Part shown: piece after piece, positions 12,386-24,459 of the stretch
Numbering within the stretch: position 1 is the first letter of the stretch
Layout: each line of letters begins with the position of its first letter
NCBI GenBank assembly: GCA_951804945.1
Contig: OX638164.1
Location: forward strand, 18,228,001-18,292,000
Reading direction: 5' to 3'
DNA length: 64,000 bases
Origin: Podarcis cretensis
Lineage: Eukaryota
Position numbers and translations under genes: made by a program
The notes under the pieces: generated by a model
Database searches by the model: none
What the model was told of the DNA's origin: nothing
What the model saw: the letters and a program-made list of their open reading frames with translations, nothing else

Positions 12386-13747
12386 CTGTGGAGACCAAAG
12401 AGACGTGTTTGTTTGATATATTAATACTGTGGTGGCCTCTGGCTTTAAACAATAAAAAGTTTCATTCATTCATTCCTCCATGGTCAGATAATTTTGTTAT
12501 GTCCGTGGTTTTTAAAGACTTGTTTTTATTTCAAATTTTAAATAATTATTTCATACCATTTTATGCAAATGCTTTTAAAAATTAAGGGGCATGAAATAAA
12601 TATTTCCAAATAAATAATAAAATAGATCATGAATATGTATTCTATCTACCACAGAATGAAATTGGCTTAAGTTGTCATCTCTCCCAAGCTACCCCTAGAC
12701 ACTGTGGCTATGTCAGGGGACAAGGACCGCTAAGGGAATGCCTAGCACCCTCACCAAATCTGTAAGTCCCAGGATTCGTGGAGGTGGGGGAGAGAGAGGT
12801 GATAATTCAGAAGCAGTTAGGGCTGTTGCTGCATCAGGTGCAGCATCCTAGAAATGTAGCAGAAGCTAGAGAGACACTTCATTTCCCAAGAAAAGAGGGA
12901 ATTGAACAGATAGGGCAAAAACAATGTGTTTTGATCATAAATGCAATGCCTTTTTTTAAAACAATTCCTTTATATATTCCTATCTCAAATGCCTGGGTGA
13001 AGTATTGAAAGAATACTGTATTGCTATCTGCCTGAACTTGAAGGTTTGTATCTCACTAGAGAACTAGGCTGACATATCCTTAACAATGGTAGGGTTCTCT
13101 CCCAGCCCTACCTGGAGATACTGGGAAGTGAACCTGGAATCTTCTGCATGCAAAGCAGATGCTGTCACTGAGCATTATTATTATTATTAATAATAATAAT
13201 AATAATAATAACCTACTTCACAGCAGAAAGCCATCAAATAGCATACAAAATAAAAGTGGAATAATACACAAGCTCTCAAAACAATAACACCATTCCTACA
13301 AACTCCAGAAACAGCACAACAAATTTCTTCAGCTACAAAATTGATATTCCATAAAGGAGCATGGCCCCTTCTGCAAAGAGACCCTCCCCTGTCCTCAGCA
13401 AGGAAAGTGCTTTATACATCGGTTGATCTATCTTATTACTGTTTGCATTGATGGGCAGTGCCTCTCGAGGGATACAGACAGGGAACATTCCTAGCTGTGC
13501 CTGAAGACACCAGGAACTGAAACTAGGGCCTTCTACATGCAAAGCTATGAGCTTTCCCCTTTGATCTATGATTTTTGTGCTTTTGCAGCACCATCTTTAA
13601 ATCCAGCTCCAGAACCATAATAAACAAGGAATCAGGTCAGCCATCGCCTCCTATGCAGTCTTCCTCTGGTCTACCCCGCCCTCGCCCAACCATCTCCCTC
13701 CTTCGCAATACTAGGATTGGCTCAAGCTGCCCTGGTCTGCCTCGTAC

Positions 13748-13923
13748 TTAGATTTGTTGAGTGAGCCAGATATTTTCTTGCAAGTTGAGCCGTTGCCACC
13801 GCAAATCCCACACTTGTCTAACTTCTTGGGCGAGCCAATGATGTGGTCACAGCCAGCCTTGATGCACTGCCCACTCACACAAACAGAGAGGGTGTCGGGT
13901 GCACAGAGGGTCCCATCAGCTAC
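13748..13923 (-). CDS. ADAMTS8: ADAMTS8 exon 8 (cysteine-rich domain)
   Basis: tttcag|GTAGCT; VADGTLC...[17 protein letters not shown]...[13 protein letters not shown]; AA|GTACGA; 176 nt. Confidence 0.96.
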
Positions 13924-13992
13924 CTGAAACAAAAACAAAGTGAGAGCAAAGTGAGGTTCCGTTGCCCTTCTCTGTGATACCATGATTTAGAA

Positions 13993-14128
13993 CAGGCATT
14001 CCCAAACTCGGCCCTCTAGATGTTTTGGGACTACAACTCCCATCATCCCTGACCACTGGTCCTGTTAACTAGGGATGATGGGAGTTGTAGTCCCAAAACA
14101 TCTGGAGGGCTGAGTTTGGGGATGCCTG
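13993..14128. mobile_element. Palindromic hAT MITE (136 bp)
   Basis: Near-perfect hairpin; 8-bp TSD atttagaa / atttagga. Confidence 0.85.
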
Positions 14129-14236
14129 ATTTAGGATAACCCCAGTCTGCTAAAATGTACATACAGTTTGGACATAATTCTTTTTTTTTTTGCTTTTTCG
14201 TTTAGTTGCAAAAAGAAGCTCAAATGTGCTGTAACT

Positions 14237-14551
14237 AGAATATTAAGAAAAGTGAATAAGATGGATCATAATTGGAAATTGTTTTAGTTTAATAATGATA
14301 TTGGAAAGCTGTTACTTTCAACTACAAGGAAACTCAGAAGGGAGGGACTAGAGGAAGTCAACCAAGATGTTTAAAAGGTTGGATTTGTAAAGAATTAAGT
14401 TTGTTGTTATTGTTTATTTGTTTATTGTTCCTTTTTTCTTTTTTCGTTCATTGATGTATTCCCCCCCGTTTTTTCCCTGTTTTTGTGTGTCATTCTGCTT
14501 TGTGTTTTTTGTTATAATTGTGGAAAGTCGAATAATATATTTTTTTTTAAA
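14237..14551 (+). mobile_element. L1-like 3'UTR fragment in intron 7
   Basis: 11-bp TSD gtgctgtaact (14226-14236 / 14552-14562); gagga(a)gtc motif shared with other L1 3' ends in the window. Confidence 0.6.
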
Positions 14552-14610
14552 GTGCTGTAACTGCTCGAAGGGATTTTGAGGTTACTCTCAGAGCAAAGAG
14601 CAAGTCTTAC

Positions 14611-14786
14611 TTTGGACTCAAACACTTTGAATTGACGGGTTCCCCCTTTAGCCCGGCAGAACAGCTTGCAGCGGTCTCGAGGTGACACGCCTGTGTACAT
14701 GGGGACCCACTCCAGCAGATTCCCGTTTGTGTCTGTATAGTTGTAACTGTCATACTTTTCGCACTGTTGCTCTCGAAAACTCTTGC
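14611..14786 (-). CDS. ADAMTS8: ADAMTS8 exon 7 (cysteine-rich domain)
   Basis: ttgcag|GCAAG; KSFREQQCEKY...WVPMYTGVSPRDRCKLFCRA...FESK; AAA|GTAAGA; 176 nt. Confidence 0.96.
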
Positions 14787-15038
14787 CTGCAAAGGAAAGG
14801 AAAGGCATCTGATTGCACACGAAGCACAGAAAAACAGCCATAGCCATCCTGGCTAGTAGCCATTGATAGCTTTCTCCTCCATGAATTTTCCTAATCCTCT
14901 TTTAAAGCCATCTAGGGTTCTCTGTGACATGCTTCTGAAGCAAGTCCTGATCTTGTTCGTGTTAAAGGGCATAGCTAGACTGCAGCCATCGGTCATGTTC
15001 ACATCATACATTGGAAGCTCTATGCTATCACGTTAGAC

Positions 15039-15244
15039 CAGAGCTTTCCAAACTTTTCATGTTGGTGACACACATTTTAGACATGCATCATTTCACGACA
15101 CAGTAATTCAGTTTTACTAGCAAACCAGAGCTTAAACTAACCCCTTTCCAGCCCCAGGAGGAGGACGGGGAGCGCTTGCCCGACACACCTTCACACTGCA
15201 GCCAACACACTAATGCATCGCTACACACAGTTTGGAAAGCTCTG
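15039..15244. mobile_element. hAT MITE nested in a Harbinger-like palindromic MITE (about 14990-15540)
   Basis: TIR cagagctttccaaact; TSD cgttagac / tgttggac. Confidence 0.82.
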
Positions 15245-15883
15245 TGTTGGACAGTCGCAGCTTCCCCCAAGGAATTCTGGGAGCTGCAGTTTGTTAAGTG
15301 TGTTGAGTGTTATTCGGAGACTCCTATTCTCCTCCCAGAGCTACAATCCTCAGAGTGGCTTAAAAAGCAATCCCTCCTCCCAGGGAACTTTGGGAACTGT
15401 AGTTCTGGGAAGGCAATAGGGATCTCCTAGCAACTCTTAGCAGTCAATAGCAGACTACAGCTCCCAGAATTCTTTGGGAGAAACCATGATTGTTTAAAGT
15501 GATACCATACTGCTTTAATTGTATAGTGTGAATTTGGCCTTAAACTAAGTTAATAGTCATTCTGTCATTCCAGGAACCCCAAGTATTGTAGTTTTCGGGG
15601 GGGGGGGGCAATATTAATGATCTCTAACAGGTCATTCTCTGCATCCTGACTAGACTAAAAATCCCAGGATTGATGACAGATAAAGCAATATAAAACTGAC
15701 AAATGTCTGCAGTGTAGTTAACCCTTACAATATATTAGCTGATATCTTAACGGCTTCCTGCCCATCCTTACAATGGTTGCATTCTTGTCACAAGCTATTT
15801 CCCTTTGGTTGGGGTGGGGTCAGCTCTGCTTCTTCCTTCTGGAGTCAGTGGGAATTAAGGTTTGCCGGGAAACAGCTGATTAC

Positions 15884-16067
15884 CATTCGGTGGGCATTCC
15901 TCAGTGTGGCATGATTCATACTTGACTCTTTGGCCTTCGCAGTATTTGCCTCCATTCTTAGGTGTGGGGTTGTCACAGCCTCTTTCGGAGAAATGCACTC
16001 CTCCACCACATGTCCTGGAACATGGCCTCCATGGGCTCCAGGGCCCCCAGTTTCCATCCACTGCCGG
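15884..16067 (-). CDS. ADAMTS8: ADAMTS8 exon 6 (central thrombospondin type-1 repeat)
   Basis: ttgcag|CCG; [24 protein letters not shown]...[21 protein letters not shown]; G|GTAATC; 184 nt. Confidence 0.97.
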
Positions 16068-16528
16068 CTGCAAAATACAAATCCCAGAGTTAAGGCCCTG
16101 ATTCCAGCTGATTTGCCATTGGGAGGCTGCCCCAGCCCCCATCATCATGGCAGACAGAAGACCAGCTTGCCCCCATCCATTGGCCAGCAATGGGGAAGTT
16201 GCTCCAATGCTGGCTTTCCCTCTTCCCTCCCTGGTCCTCTTTCCTTTTGTATCATGTCTACTGGATTTGTATAGCAATTAGAAATTTTTGCATGCTTTAT
16301 ATAAGATGATGATGATGATGATAATATCAGGCATGAAGGGAAGATACACGATCCCTGTATATTTTTCCATGTGAGTGGGAAGGTGTTCCTGTGTTTATAA
16401 TTTTGAAATGGCAGGAAGAGAAAGGGGTACACACCCTGTTTGGAGGAGAGGTCATAGAAACTGTGTTATTCAAGTGTTATTTGGTCTTTAGTAAGAGGTG
16501 GGCTGCCTGCTTCTCACTAGATGATTAC

Positions 16529-16827
16529 CTCAGGCATCACTGTGTCTTGGGCCACACAGTGTCCATCCAAACACATCTTCTCTGCCCCACAGGGTGTCCC
16601 ATCTGCCCAGGGCAAGCTGCCATTCCTGGTGTGGCACAGGCGCTCTCCTGCCTCCAGCTTACACCAGAGCTGGGAACAGATGTCCTCCTGCGTGGTGTTT
16701 GGGCAGTGTCGAAACTCCTTGCCAAAGATCTGCTGGCACTGATGATCAAGGTTGTATAGGGGGACTTGGCCTGGAAGGTCTGTGGGGAGGGCAATGGGTT
16801 CGGCAGGTTTGTCAAGCAGGCAGTCAC
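16529..16827 (-). CDS. ADAMTS8: ADAMTS8 exon 5 (end of protease domain, disintegrin-like domain)
   Basis: caccag|GTGAC; DCLLDKP...LPGQVPLYNLDHQCQQIFG...WADGTPCG...CLDGHCV; GAG|GTAATC; 299 nt. Confidence 0.95.
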
Positions 16828-17309
16828 CTGGTGAGGGAGAGAGGTAAAGAAGGTCACACCAAAGGCTGCTTTTTATTCATTTCAATAATGAATAATTTCA
16901 AAGGATGGTTGTATTTTGGCTTGCATATTGTTTAGGAAAGTGTGAATCAGGTAGGTATGCCTTTAAATGTGTACGGAATCAGCTTCCCAGCTACTGCACA
17001 GCCAAAGTCAAATCGCATACATAACAAAGTCTGTATTCCAATTGGAAATATCACCAAATCTAGAGAAGCTAAGGATTTCCTTGCATAAGAACAACCTGCT
17101 GGATCAGGCCAATGACCCAATGAGTCCAGCATTCTGTTCTCACAGTGGCCAAGCAGATAGATGCCTGTGGGAAACTCACAAGCAGGACTTGAGCACAAGG
17201 GCACTTGCCCCTCCTGTGCTTTCCAGTAACTGTGTTCAGAAGCATTGATGCCTCCAGCCATAATGGCTAATAGCCACCTACTCTCCTCCATAAATTTGCC
17301 CAATCCTCT

Positions 17310-17932
17310 GTTTTTTAATTTTTAATTTTCAATGCAAAATTACAACAAAAATTACAAAGATAAAATCCAGAAAAAACAAACAAAAATAAAGCAAAACAAA
17401 ACAAACAGAAACAAACGCGCGCACACACACAAACCTACAGAGAAAACCATCATCATAATAATCTTTACGTACATATACACATATTTACTTCTGTACATAT
17501 ACACATATTGACTTCCTTCCTATGTTTTGAGGCCTCCAAATTTTTAATCTTTCTGAATTGTTGTGTCTAATGTAAATTACCTCTGTCTTTATACCCTTTG
17601 CACCGTTTTTCAATTTCTTTAACCCTGCAAAGCTTAATTCGTTACATACTGATATACTTACTCCAGAACAATGTTTTTTTCATATATTCTTTAACACAAT
17701 CCCATTCTTTTGCTAATTTTTGGTCTGATTGTCCCCTTAAGAACATAGCTGTCAACCTTTCCCTTTTCTTGCGAGGAATCCTATTTGGAATAAGGGAATT
17801 TCCCTTAAAAAAAGGGAAATGTTGACAGCTATGCTTAAGAATGCTGTGAATCTTGCCAAATTTATATATTCACAAAATTTAATTTGCCATTCTTTTACTG
17901 ATGGGATTTTTTTATTGATGGGGGGGGGGGAA
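17310..17932 (-). mobile_element. L1-like 3' fragment inserted in a CR1 3' end (about 17084-18050, minus)
   Basis: 13-bp TSD tgcccaatcctct (17297-17309 / 17933-17945), A-rich tail; the flanks join as CR1 sequence. Confidence 0.75.
17744..17833. mobile_element. 90-bp hAT MITE nested in an L1 fragment
   Basis: TIR catagctgtcaac; perfect 8-bp TSD cttaagaa. Confidence 0.88.
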
Positions 17933-18306
17933 TGCCCAATCCTCTTTTAAAACCATCCATGCTGGAGGCCATCTCTACCTCCTGTGGGAGCAACCATCAC
18001 TGTTTAACTATGCACTGCATGAAGAAGTACTTTGCTTTACCTATCCTAAAACCACAAAACTGTAGCACATGAAAAGTTGCAAAAGTGTTCAGATTCTGAC
18101 ACATGGCCGATCTTGAGTTTGGCATTGACTAAATGCCTTGTGCAACTGAAGAGGGAGAAACCACAATATTGTCAGAGGAGGGTGTACCCTGAGATGTAAT
18201 CTTGACATTACCAAGGAGTTTCTAATAGCCATTCTCAAAAGATTGATAGGCATCAATGGGACTGTCCCAGCAGACATCTGAAAAGGATAGCAAGTTTGAT
18301 ACCTAC

Positions 18307-18474
18307 CGTGCCCTCCATCCAGAAATTCTGTGATGTGCATGGCACTGCAAGGGGACCATGGCAGAGTCTTGTTTAAGTGGATGAACAGAGGGGCCATCAT
18401 GTGATGCTTCCCTAAGGTCCCAAAGTTCTTCTCACAGGCCTTGGAATCGTCATGAGGCATGCTGAGTACATGCC
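18307..18474 (-). CDS. ADAMTS8: ADAMTS8 exon 4 (second half of zinc motif, Met-turn)
   Basis: ttccag|GGCAT; HVLSMPHDDSKACEKNFG...MMAPLF...WSPCSA...FLDGGH; G|GTAGGT; 168 nt. Confidence 0.97.
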
Positions 18475-18739
18475 CTGGAATGAAAGAGCATAGAAACAGG
18501 AGGTGAATGAGCTATTCCTGCCTTTTTGAACTGATAATGGTCCTTGGAGATGGCTTCATTGCCCTAAATTCCTTTGAAACTGTCTCTTCCATCCCCAAAC
18601 AAAGTGCTGTAATACCCTGCTAAGCTTTTTTCCAAGTCTGCCATCTGAAAGCTGTGCTCACCCTGTACAAAAAAAGCCACTGAAAATAAAAAGTTACCCT
18701 AAAACAAAGCTTCGATTTTCAGTGCCATGATCCCCATTA

Positions 18740-19089
18740 AATGGTAAATGGACCCCTGACCATTAGGTCCAGTCATGACCAACTCTGGGGTTGCGGCGCT
18801 CATCTCGCTTTATTGGCCGAGGGAGCCGGCGTACAGCTTCCAGGTCATGTGGCCAGCATGACTAAGCCGCTTCTGGCGAACCAGAGCAGCGCACGGAAAC
18901 AGCGTTTACCTTCCCGCCGGAGCGGTTCCTATTTATCTACTTGCACTTTTATGTGCTTTTGAACTGCTAGGTTGGCAGGAGCAGGGACCGAGCAACGGGA
19001 GCTCACCCCGTCGCGGGGATTTGAACTGCTGACCTTCTGATCGGCAAGTCCTAGGTTCTGTGGTTTAACCCACAGCACCACCACGTCCC
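18740..19089 (-). mobile_element. Sauria SINE in intron 3
   Basis: Reverse complement of the full SINE; TSD atccccatta (18730-18739 / 19094-19103). Confidence 0.92.
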
Positions 19090-19539
19090 TATTATCCCCA
19101 TTATGCAATAAGAAAAGCTGAATTTTGAAACCTGCGTTTTGCAAAGCTGCAGGTTTTCTATTTTTGCAACAGCGCACATGGCAATGAAAAACTTGTCCAG
19201 CAACTACTTGGGAAACATGATTGAGAACATGTCATGCAGGCAGACATGTTCAATTCAGGTTCAATTCTCATCACAGGCCTGGGGGAATATTTTGGCAGCC
19301 AGTGCCAGTCAGTGCAGACAATATTGAAGCAGATGACCAGTGTTCAGACTCCGTAAAAGACAGCTTCTGAGATTCCATTGGCTTCCTAAATTTCGGCAGT
19401 CATTGTTTAAATATATGCAAGTTAATATTTCCAACTATGAGGGCTAGAAAAGGGTGGTGGTGTGTTTTTTTTTTAAGAATGGCACTATGATGGGCTTCCT
19501 CCCGCCTGCTGTGCACATCAATATGGGCATGGTAACTAC

Positions 19540-19672
19540 CTAGTTCATGGGCCAAGGTGTAGGCTGCCTGGAGACCTTCATCTTCGATCACAGAACAGCT
19601 CTTGTTTGGGTTGCACATGGTGCCTGTCTCAGCCACTCCAAGGGTCCTGCAACCCTGGTGCCCACAGAAATC
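19540..19672 (-). CDS. ADAMTS8: ADAMTS8 exon 3 (S2' loop and first half of zinc motif)
   Basis: ctcacag|GAT; [44 protein letters not shown]; G|GTAGTT; 133 nt. Confidence 0.96.
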
Positions 19673-20526
19673 CTGTGAGTGAGAAAATGAAACAGAAACT
19701 AGTACACAAAGGAAACAGAGCCACCATCACCCCCAATGGACCTCGCACACAACAATGTAAACAAACAGATCGTTCCACACTTGAAAGGAACTGATGCTTC
19801 AGTGGGACAGCACCTGCCTTCTGGAACTGCCTTCCCCTCACCATCAAGGCAATCAGTATTTTAATGCTGGTTCTAAATGTGTTTTTATTGTATTATAACT
19901 ATTGTTTTTAACTACGTTGTTTTTATTACTTTGTGTTTTAAAACTGTTTTTAAAATTGTAAGTTGCCTTGAATCCCAGATTGGGATTTTTTAAAAAAGTT
20001 ATAGCCCTGAGGTTTTTCTTAGGTCAACTTGTTTTTTAGCTTCTGGTTTTTACCAATAATTTTAAGGTATTTTTCATGTAAACCACTGAGAGTTTTGTTT
20101 TTTTAAAAAACCCCACATCAATTAAGCGGTATACAAACCCTGTTTTTTAAAAGCAAATAGTGAGGAGGCCACCTAATAGCTATTCTGTTATCTTTTTAGT
20201 GCCAGGGAAAGGCCTCGCCATTCTCCCAGGGCTTTTTGAACTTCTTGGAATTCGTTAATTCTTTTAAGCTATTGTGAGGGTTTTTTTTCGTAGAATTGCA
20301 GAATTTTAGATTTGGACGGTACCCCCAAGGGTCATCGAGTCCAACTGCCTGGAATGCAGGAATCGTAGCTCAAGAGTTCCTAGCAGAAGGAGAGTCCACC
20401 ACTCTCTCCCTTCCTCTCTTAGCGATTTGTTGTGTGTTTCAGTTGCTGGCTTTGCTATATTATTTTATCAAATTGTATTGTTTTCAATCTTCCTCTTAGT
20501 CCAGCCTTCTAAACAAACCCATGTGT

Positions 20527-20662
20527 CAGGCATCCCCAAACTCGGCCCTCCAGCTGTTTTGGGACTACAATTCCCATCATCCCTGACCACTGGTCCTGTT
20601 AGCTGGGGATGATGGGAGTTGTAGTCCCAAAACAGCTGGAGGGCCGAGTTTGGGGATGCGTG
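20527..20662. mobile_element. Palindromic hAT MITE, same family; older relatives at about 22292-22408, 25902-26021, 27986-28068 and 38128-38263
   Basis: Near-perfect hairpin; degenerate 8-bp TSD ccatgtgt / ccttatgt. Confidence 0.85.
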
Positions 20663-20698
20663 CCTTATGTATTTGGTGTGTGTGTGTCATCCCTAATA

Positions 20699-20943
20699 CA
20701 GTGGTACCACTGGATGCAAACGGGATCTGTTCTGGAGCCCCGTTTGCATCCTGAAGCAAATGCAACCTGCGTCTGCGCATGTCGTGATTCGTTGCTTCTG
20801 CACATGCGCATGATGTCATTTTGAGCATCGGGCATGTGCGAGTGGTGAAACACGGAAGTAACACGTTCTGTTACTTCCGGGTCACTGCGGAGCATAACCT
20901 GAAAACGCTCAACCTGAAGCATATTCAACCCAAGGTATGACAG
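20699..20943. mobile_element. Tigger-like MITE, degraded
   Basis: ta|cagtggtacc start and aacccaaggtatgacag|ta end. Confidence 0.7.
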
Positions 20944-21206
20944 TAGATATTTACTGCAAGTGTACTCTTATCTCAAACATTTTGATATGAATGCAGATGC
21001 TGTTTCCCACTCTGCATACAGTTCAGACTTCTAACGGTCATTTTTCTGGTTGCCTATTGCAAAGAGGAAAAAATGGCAATGTAACAAAGGGTGCTTCCAG
21101 ATGACCTCTTTATTGAACCTTCACCCTGGTTTGTTTGCAGGGAGATTAGACAACGTTGGCCTCTGAGCAATTCTGCCTACACACCTGACTGCAAGCGTCT
21201 ACACAC

Positions 21207-21446
21207 CTGTCTCGTTAACAAGACTGCCGTGTCATAGTGCTCCGGGAGACGGTCACTTGCAGGGTTGAACTGCTGCTGCCACTCGCAGAAGTTCCGTAGC
21301 ATGAGCCCTCCGTTGTCAGACACTTCTGGCCCAACCTTCTCATCTTCCACCACCACCACCTTCACCACCACCAAACTGATGGAGTTCTTCAGGCTGGGGT
21401 GCTTGTAGATCTGAGCAGCCACAGACATCAAGGTGAGGATGTGATT
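21207..21446 (-). CDS. ADAMTS8: ADAMTS8 exon 2 (metalloprotease domain)
   Basis: tttcag|AATCAC; NHILTLMSVAAQIYKHPSLKNSI...HYDTAVLLTRQ; CAG|GTGTGT; 240 nt. Confidence 0.96.
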
Positions 21447-21545
21447 CTGAAACATAGAAGCAGCCAAGGGGGTCAAGGCAGGGGATGATATCTCATTCTT
21501 CATTCAGGGGGTGATACTCTGCATTCTACAGAGGGATCTATTTTG

Positions 21546-22167
21546 TTCTTTGTTTTTTTCAATTTTTTTAATTGATTTTGACAAATATAACATAAAACAT
21601 ACAAAAGAAAACACATTACAATACTAAAAAAAGAAAATAAAAAATATATAAACACATATTCCTTCTAAAGTTCATTTTAATTTCCATTGTTAAATGACTT
21701 CCTCGAATCCCCCCTAACTGAATTTCATTATATCCCTTGTAACAGCACTCCTCTTCTTTCTAAAAATAAAATTAACTCTCAATTTACTATCTTCTAGTCT
21801 TTTCTTGATGTTCAAAATCCATAATGCTTAACAAACCATTCTTATTTTATTCCTAAGCCTATTTAATATTTTCAAGTGACTTGAAATTATCTTATATTAC
21901 AATATTTGGCTAAATAGTCTTTAAATTTCATGCAATCTTCTTGATACTCCTTTCTGGTCACGGATTCTTCCAGTCAGGTTGGCTAGCTCCAAAAAGTCCA
22001 ACATCTTCATCTGCCAATCTTCTACTGTTGGTATTTCTTGAGATTTCCAGTTTTTAGCTAATAGCAGTCTTGCTGCTGTAGTGGCATACAAAAACAATTT
22101 AACATCTTTTTGGGGCAATTCCAATCCAATTTTTCCAAGTAGAAAGGCTTCTTAAGGCTTCTTAACA
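21546..22167 (-). mobile_element. L1-clade 3' fragment near the 3' end of intron 1
   Basis: LFLYATTAARLLLAKNWK...IPTVEDW motif, A-rich tail, 18-bp TSD acagagggatctattttg (21528-21545 / 22168-22185). Confidence 0.9.
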
Positions 22168-22847
22168 ACAGAGGGATCTATTTTGAGGGTTTGGTTTGGA
22201 AGCCATGAGCTGGTACAGAAGTCTCCAAAATGCATTACAAAAAGGAGAGGGGCAAGTTGTGTTTTTGGTTGCTCTTAAATATTCCTTAGAGCAGGGACTG
22301 GGAACCTGTGGCACTCCAGATGTTGCTGGACTGTAACTCCCATCATCCCTGACCATGGACAGTCATGACAGCTGCTGATGGGAGTTGGAGTCAGCCATAT
22401 CTGGAGTACGAATTGTGCTTTACACAATGAATAGGGGGTGAAGGAGTTACCACACAGATCGTATTTAAAATATTGATTCCAAGCCATTTTTGCCTTCACT
22501 CTAACTGAAAGGTAATTTAAAGTTTCAAAGAACGTGCGTACTGAGCTGTCAAAGAAAATATGTCCAGAGACATGTAACAGACAGCTTAATCTTGGGTGCA
22601 AATAATTTAAGCCACCCTTCTTTTTGTGACTTCCTTCCCACCACTCCAAAACAATCTGCATAGGATTGTTTGCTTTGCAGAGGCACCTACAGCAAATGTT
22701 TGCCTTACAGGATCAATTTGCCTTCAGTAAAGAGGACTATTCACTTTCCAGAAGCCTTTGTATGGCGACCCCCCAGCGAGATGCTCTCTTCTTTAATGAC
22801 TCAACAAGATGCATTGTCTAGCCTAAGATAACCTGTGGAAACTTCAT

Positions 22848-23192
22848 AAGGTAAAGGATCCCTGAATGGATGGGGTGTGGCACTCATCTCACTTTTCTGG
22901 CTGAGGGAGCCGGCGTTTGTTCACAGACAACTTTCTGGGTCGTGGCCAGCATGACTAAAACAGCTACTGGCACACGGAGGGCTGTGATGAATGCCAGAGC
23001 ACACGGAAACACCATTTACCTTCCCGCCACAGTGGTACCTATTTATATACTTGTACTGGTGTGCTTTTGAAGTGCTAGGTTGGCAGAAGCTGGGACAGAA
23101 CAATGGGAGCTCACATGGATTCAAACCACCAACCTTCCAATCGGCAAGCCCAAGAGGCTCAGTGGTTTAGACCACAGTGCCACCCACATCCC
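22848..23192 (-). mobile_element. Sauria SINE, older and degraded
   Basis: Head, body and tail recognisable despite deletions; flanking gaaactt repeat. Confidence 0.85.
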
Positions 23193-23306
23193 TGAAACTT
23201 TGTGTCTGATACTAGTTGCGATGGGAAAATCTGGCAATTTCAGTTCTCTTCCTTTCTCGCTTTTCCAATCTTAAGCTTAGTTCTCCACATTTTTATGTTG
23301 GTTTGC

Positions 23307-23341
<35 letters not shown>

Positions 23342-23905
23342 GAAGAAGAAGAATAAGAATAATGTCCTCCTGAAAATTAATCTATTTAGGGGCAAATTTC
23401 TCTGAATATACACATTTTCAATGCAATTTTGCCTAACTGTATTTTTGCAAAGCCATTCTCCCTAATATGCATTTTGGTACAATATATTCACTAATTTGTG
23501 CATTTCATGACATTTTACTCAAATATATGCTGCTTGGCTGGAGAACTGCATTGCAAAATTCAGAAGTGCAAACTTTGAAGGATGTCTGTGTGTTGGGTTG
23601 GTCCATACATTGTTTCAGGTGAGTCTTGCATGTGAACCGAATTGAATTTCTCCTTCATCTCTAGCTACTAGTGACATGGTTTTCCCTAGCTTGGGAAATA
23701 CAGTTGAACACAGCAAGAGAAATGGAAGGCATCAAAAGATAATTGACACCCCTAATCCCCCCCTGATACTGATAATTCTACTGTCTGAACTGCAATGTAC
23801 CACAAGCAAGAGATCAGAAGCAGTTCAAAAAGAGAGATGGTTATAAGGGTTGCCAATATTGGGGGGCTGTGGACATATTTGCAAAGCTGGGAAACTGTTG
23901 AGGGC

Positions 23906-23906
23906 A

Positions 23907-23944
<38 letters not shown>
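23906..23944. repeat. (CA)n microsatellite
   Basis: Direct reading. Confidence 0.95.
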
Positions 23945-23948
<4 letters not shown>

Positions 23949-24459
23949 ACCTGTCCTATTTGCTGCAATAGAATGCTTCATTTGAGTCTAATTTCATTGT
24001 GTGGGAGGGGCTCTTATTGATTGGTGTTGACTTCAAGCCAGCATGGGATTAGCTACACTCCAGAGTTTCCAGTCAGGAACTCTGGAGCGTAGCTGATCTC
24101 TGCCAAAAATGGGGCTTGATTGGTGCTGACTTAAAGCCCCACATTCAGCAGGGACAGGCTCCACTTAAGAACTCCCAAGTGGAAGCAATCTCAGCAGGAT
24201 TGCCTTTGGTGCCAAACTTAAACAGTGAGAAATACAAGCTTCACTTGCCAAAGAATAATCACAGCACAGCAGAAGAAGGCTGTTGCCTTCATACCCTGCT
24301 TGTGAGTTTTCCAGAGGCACCAGGGGCAGAGCATCAGCTTAGCATGCAGAAGCTCCCTGGTTCAGTCCTTGGCATCTCAAGGTAGGATTGGGAGAGAACC
24401 CTGCCTGAAACTCTGGAGACTTGCTGTCTGGCATTGTAGACCAGAGATTGCCCACGTGT

